Below, one piece after another: positions 61,944 through 64,000 of a stretch of 64,000 bases of DNA. A program made the translations under genes and the position numbers. The stretch spans positions 54,622,001 to 54,686,000 of the forward strand of contig NC_092351.1 of assembly GCF_963676685.1 (NCBI RefSeq). Direction: 5' to 3'. The notes beneath the pieces were generated by a model that saw nothing but the letters and a program-made list of their open reading frames with translations, did no database searches and was not told where the DNA came from. Origin of the DNA: Mytilus edulis. Taxonomy: Eukaryota. Within the stretch, counting starts at the first letter, position 1. Every line of letters starts with the position of its first letter.

Positions 61944-63074
61944 TTAAGAATTGACTTTCAAAAGTCTTGTGGTGTATGTTTTACATGTATGTACATGTAT
62001 ATATATGTTCATTTATATATAGAATCAGTTTCATTTTTAACTTTGATGTTTATAAAAAGTCCCAATTTCAGTGTTCACAATCAATGTAAATTTTTTATGC
62101 CCTGGCATAAAGTGGTCAGGCCATATAGTTTTACCTTTATCCATCATTCCATCATTTTGTCAATGTCTGCATATCATTCCCCTATTCTGCAAGATACAGT
62201 TATAATTGGTTATACAGACTTCTTTTCAACACATTTGCATATTGAGCTGATTTTTAGTTTCTACTCTTTGTGTGGGTTAGTGTTCTTTGACATATTCCCC
62301 ATTTCCATTCTCAATTTTATTTTATACTATGATGAGTAACAGATTAAGTATACATGTCCCTATAATAAGTTTCTCCTCTAATGACTTTTGCTGAAATTAG
62401 CATGATTAGGGGGTAAGGACTTTGAAAATTTGTGAGTGGGGCTAATAATCATGACATACCAGAACACCTACATTGAAGCATATGATTGTCCCAATTTTTT
62501 TTCTCTTTGGTCAGCCAGGCCAAAAATACACAGTTTTTATACATCCAACCTCTGAAAAAATCCTGGATCCGCCCATAGTCTTATATAATTGGTTATTTAC
62601 ATTGCCTCATGTATTTGAAATTTATTAAGTGTTTGTACTTTTAAGCCTTATTTTTCCATACATGTAAATGGACATTAATTTATATATTTGATAACCTGAA
62701 TCAATTATGTTATTAATTCAAATTTAAAAACAAAACTTTGACGATTGATATGGTTGTGATTTTTACTTGTATTGTTAATAGAGAAGATGGTATAAGATCA
62801 ACAGGGATCAACACCAAAACAAATTTCATTCCATTGTCCAAGAAGTCAAGATCATATAAACACATAAATTCTTTTTGAATATTTACTTTTGGTTTACCAT
62901 TTGAAACCTGTTTGGTCGAAAGGAAATTAAATATCATTTTTTAAAATTTTATACAGATTAGAACAAAATTTGATAGAATTATATATTTAAAATTTTACTG
63001 TTATATAGGTGTTTTTTTTGTTAATCTCAATATTCAACATCAGATGTTGCTATACAAAAAGTGCTCTAACTTAA

Positions 63075-63372
63075 CCCTTTCCTCCATGGACATTTTTTTT
63101 TTACTTACTTGATTCGCATAGGATTTTTTCATTAAAAAAAAAATTCATCAGGTTTAAAGTATCAATGAATTGGGAAAACAAATATTTCATCAATAAAATT
63201 CCAGTCAAGATATTCTTATGAATTCCTTTTCATATTGGATACAAATTTTGTTAAGTCTGATGCAGACATTTCGAGGTCCAGCGTTTCAACTGAGGTACTA
63301 CACAGATGTCAAAAGGCGTCATTATGGAGTAAAGGGGGGTGGCGTCAAAAGGTGTCATTATGGAGGAAAGGG
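63075..63372. mobile_element. piggyBac-type MITE
   Basis: TTAA-CCCTTTCCTCCAT ... ATGGAGGAAAGGG-TTAA. Confidence 0.85.
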
Positions 63373-64000
63373 TTAAAGGAGTGCAACTACAAAAATAGGA
63401 TTTGTGGTGATCCTGATGTTGAGGGAATTTTCTCAATTTTAATAATACATGTATATACATATTTATTTATACAAATGTATAACATTCAGTGTCCCTAATT
63501 AACTGTGCAATGAATACAATGTATTTAAGGTCATGGCTGTGCCGTCATAAACAGTTGAAGTACAATTATCATACAAAGAATTCAACAAATACTGAATTTG
63601 GTGTTATGAGGACAAGTTTTATACTCTGAGCGCTGAGTTATATGACTGATTGCCTAGGTCTGTAATCAGATTTTGAATTTTATGTAGAGTGCATTTAAAA
63701 ATTGCATTGAAAATTATTGTCTGTATAAGATTTCACTTTATATCAATTTGTGTGCATGCTAAGACTAACAGAATACCACCTGACCACAGATGCAAATGAT
63801 AGGGGGTGTTGCATCTAGTGTCAAGCCCCCCTCATACTAGAAAAATAATCTAGATATTTATTGACCTGAAACACTTCAAATTATTTTTATTGAAATTGCT
63901 CCCCCTGTAACTTTAAATAAATTTTGGGTTTGTAGCTGGTTGTCGTTACTTAATTGATAAATGATCTAGATAAGATTGATCTCAATAAAATATCTGTCTG

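Overview
AT-rich eukaryotic DNA, most likely a bivalve (the repeat families resemble Mytilus mussel repeats; this is inference). I assembled four host genes by hand from GT-AG exons with matching phases. (1) The 5' end of a minus-strand gene with a RIG-I/MDA5-type CARD, running off the left edge (exons 7447-7370, 2818-2701, 1125-997). (2) A complete 7-exon minus-strand secreted collectin-like lectin of about 347 aa: signal peptide, coiled coil, 16 Gly-X-Y triplets, EPN/WND C-type lectin domain (42124-14722). (3) A divergently transcribed S1A serine protease of about 318 aa with an intact triad and a triplicated activation peptide (44559-52542). (4) A single-exon C2H2 zinc-finger gene (57459-59066). 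The rest is mostly transposon-derived: RTEX-like LINE fragments, a deleted Gypsy element, Helentron-type elements, MITEs, tRNA-SINEs and hammerhead retrozyme remnants. A 2.65-kb duplication across a 100-N gap is probably an assembly artefact. The most notable feature is a 5'-truncated Naiad-type Penelope-like retroelement (22801-24989, minus). It has an in-frame UGA at a Cys-type position, a type II SECIS after the ORF, and downstream a circularly permuted (type P5) twister ribozyme fold. That fold recurs with covariation in several related 3'-end fragments across the window.
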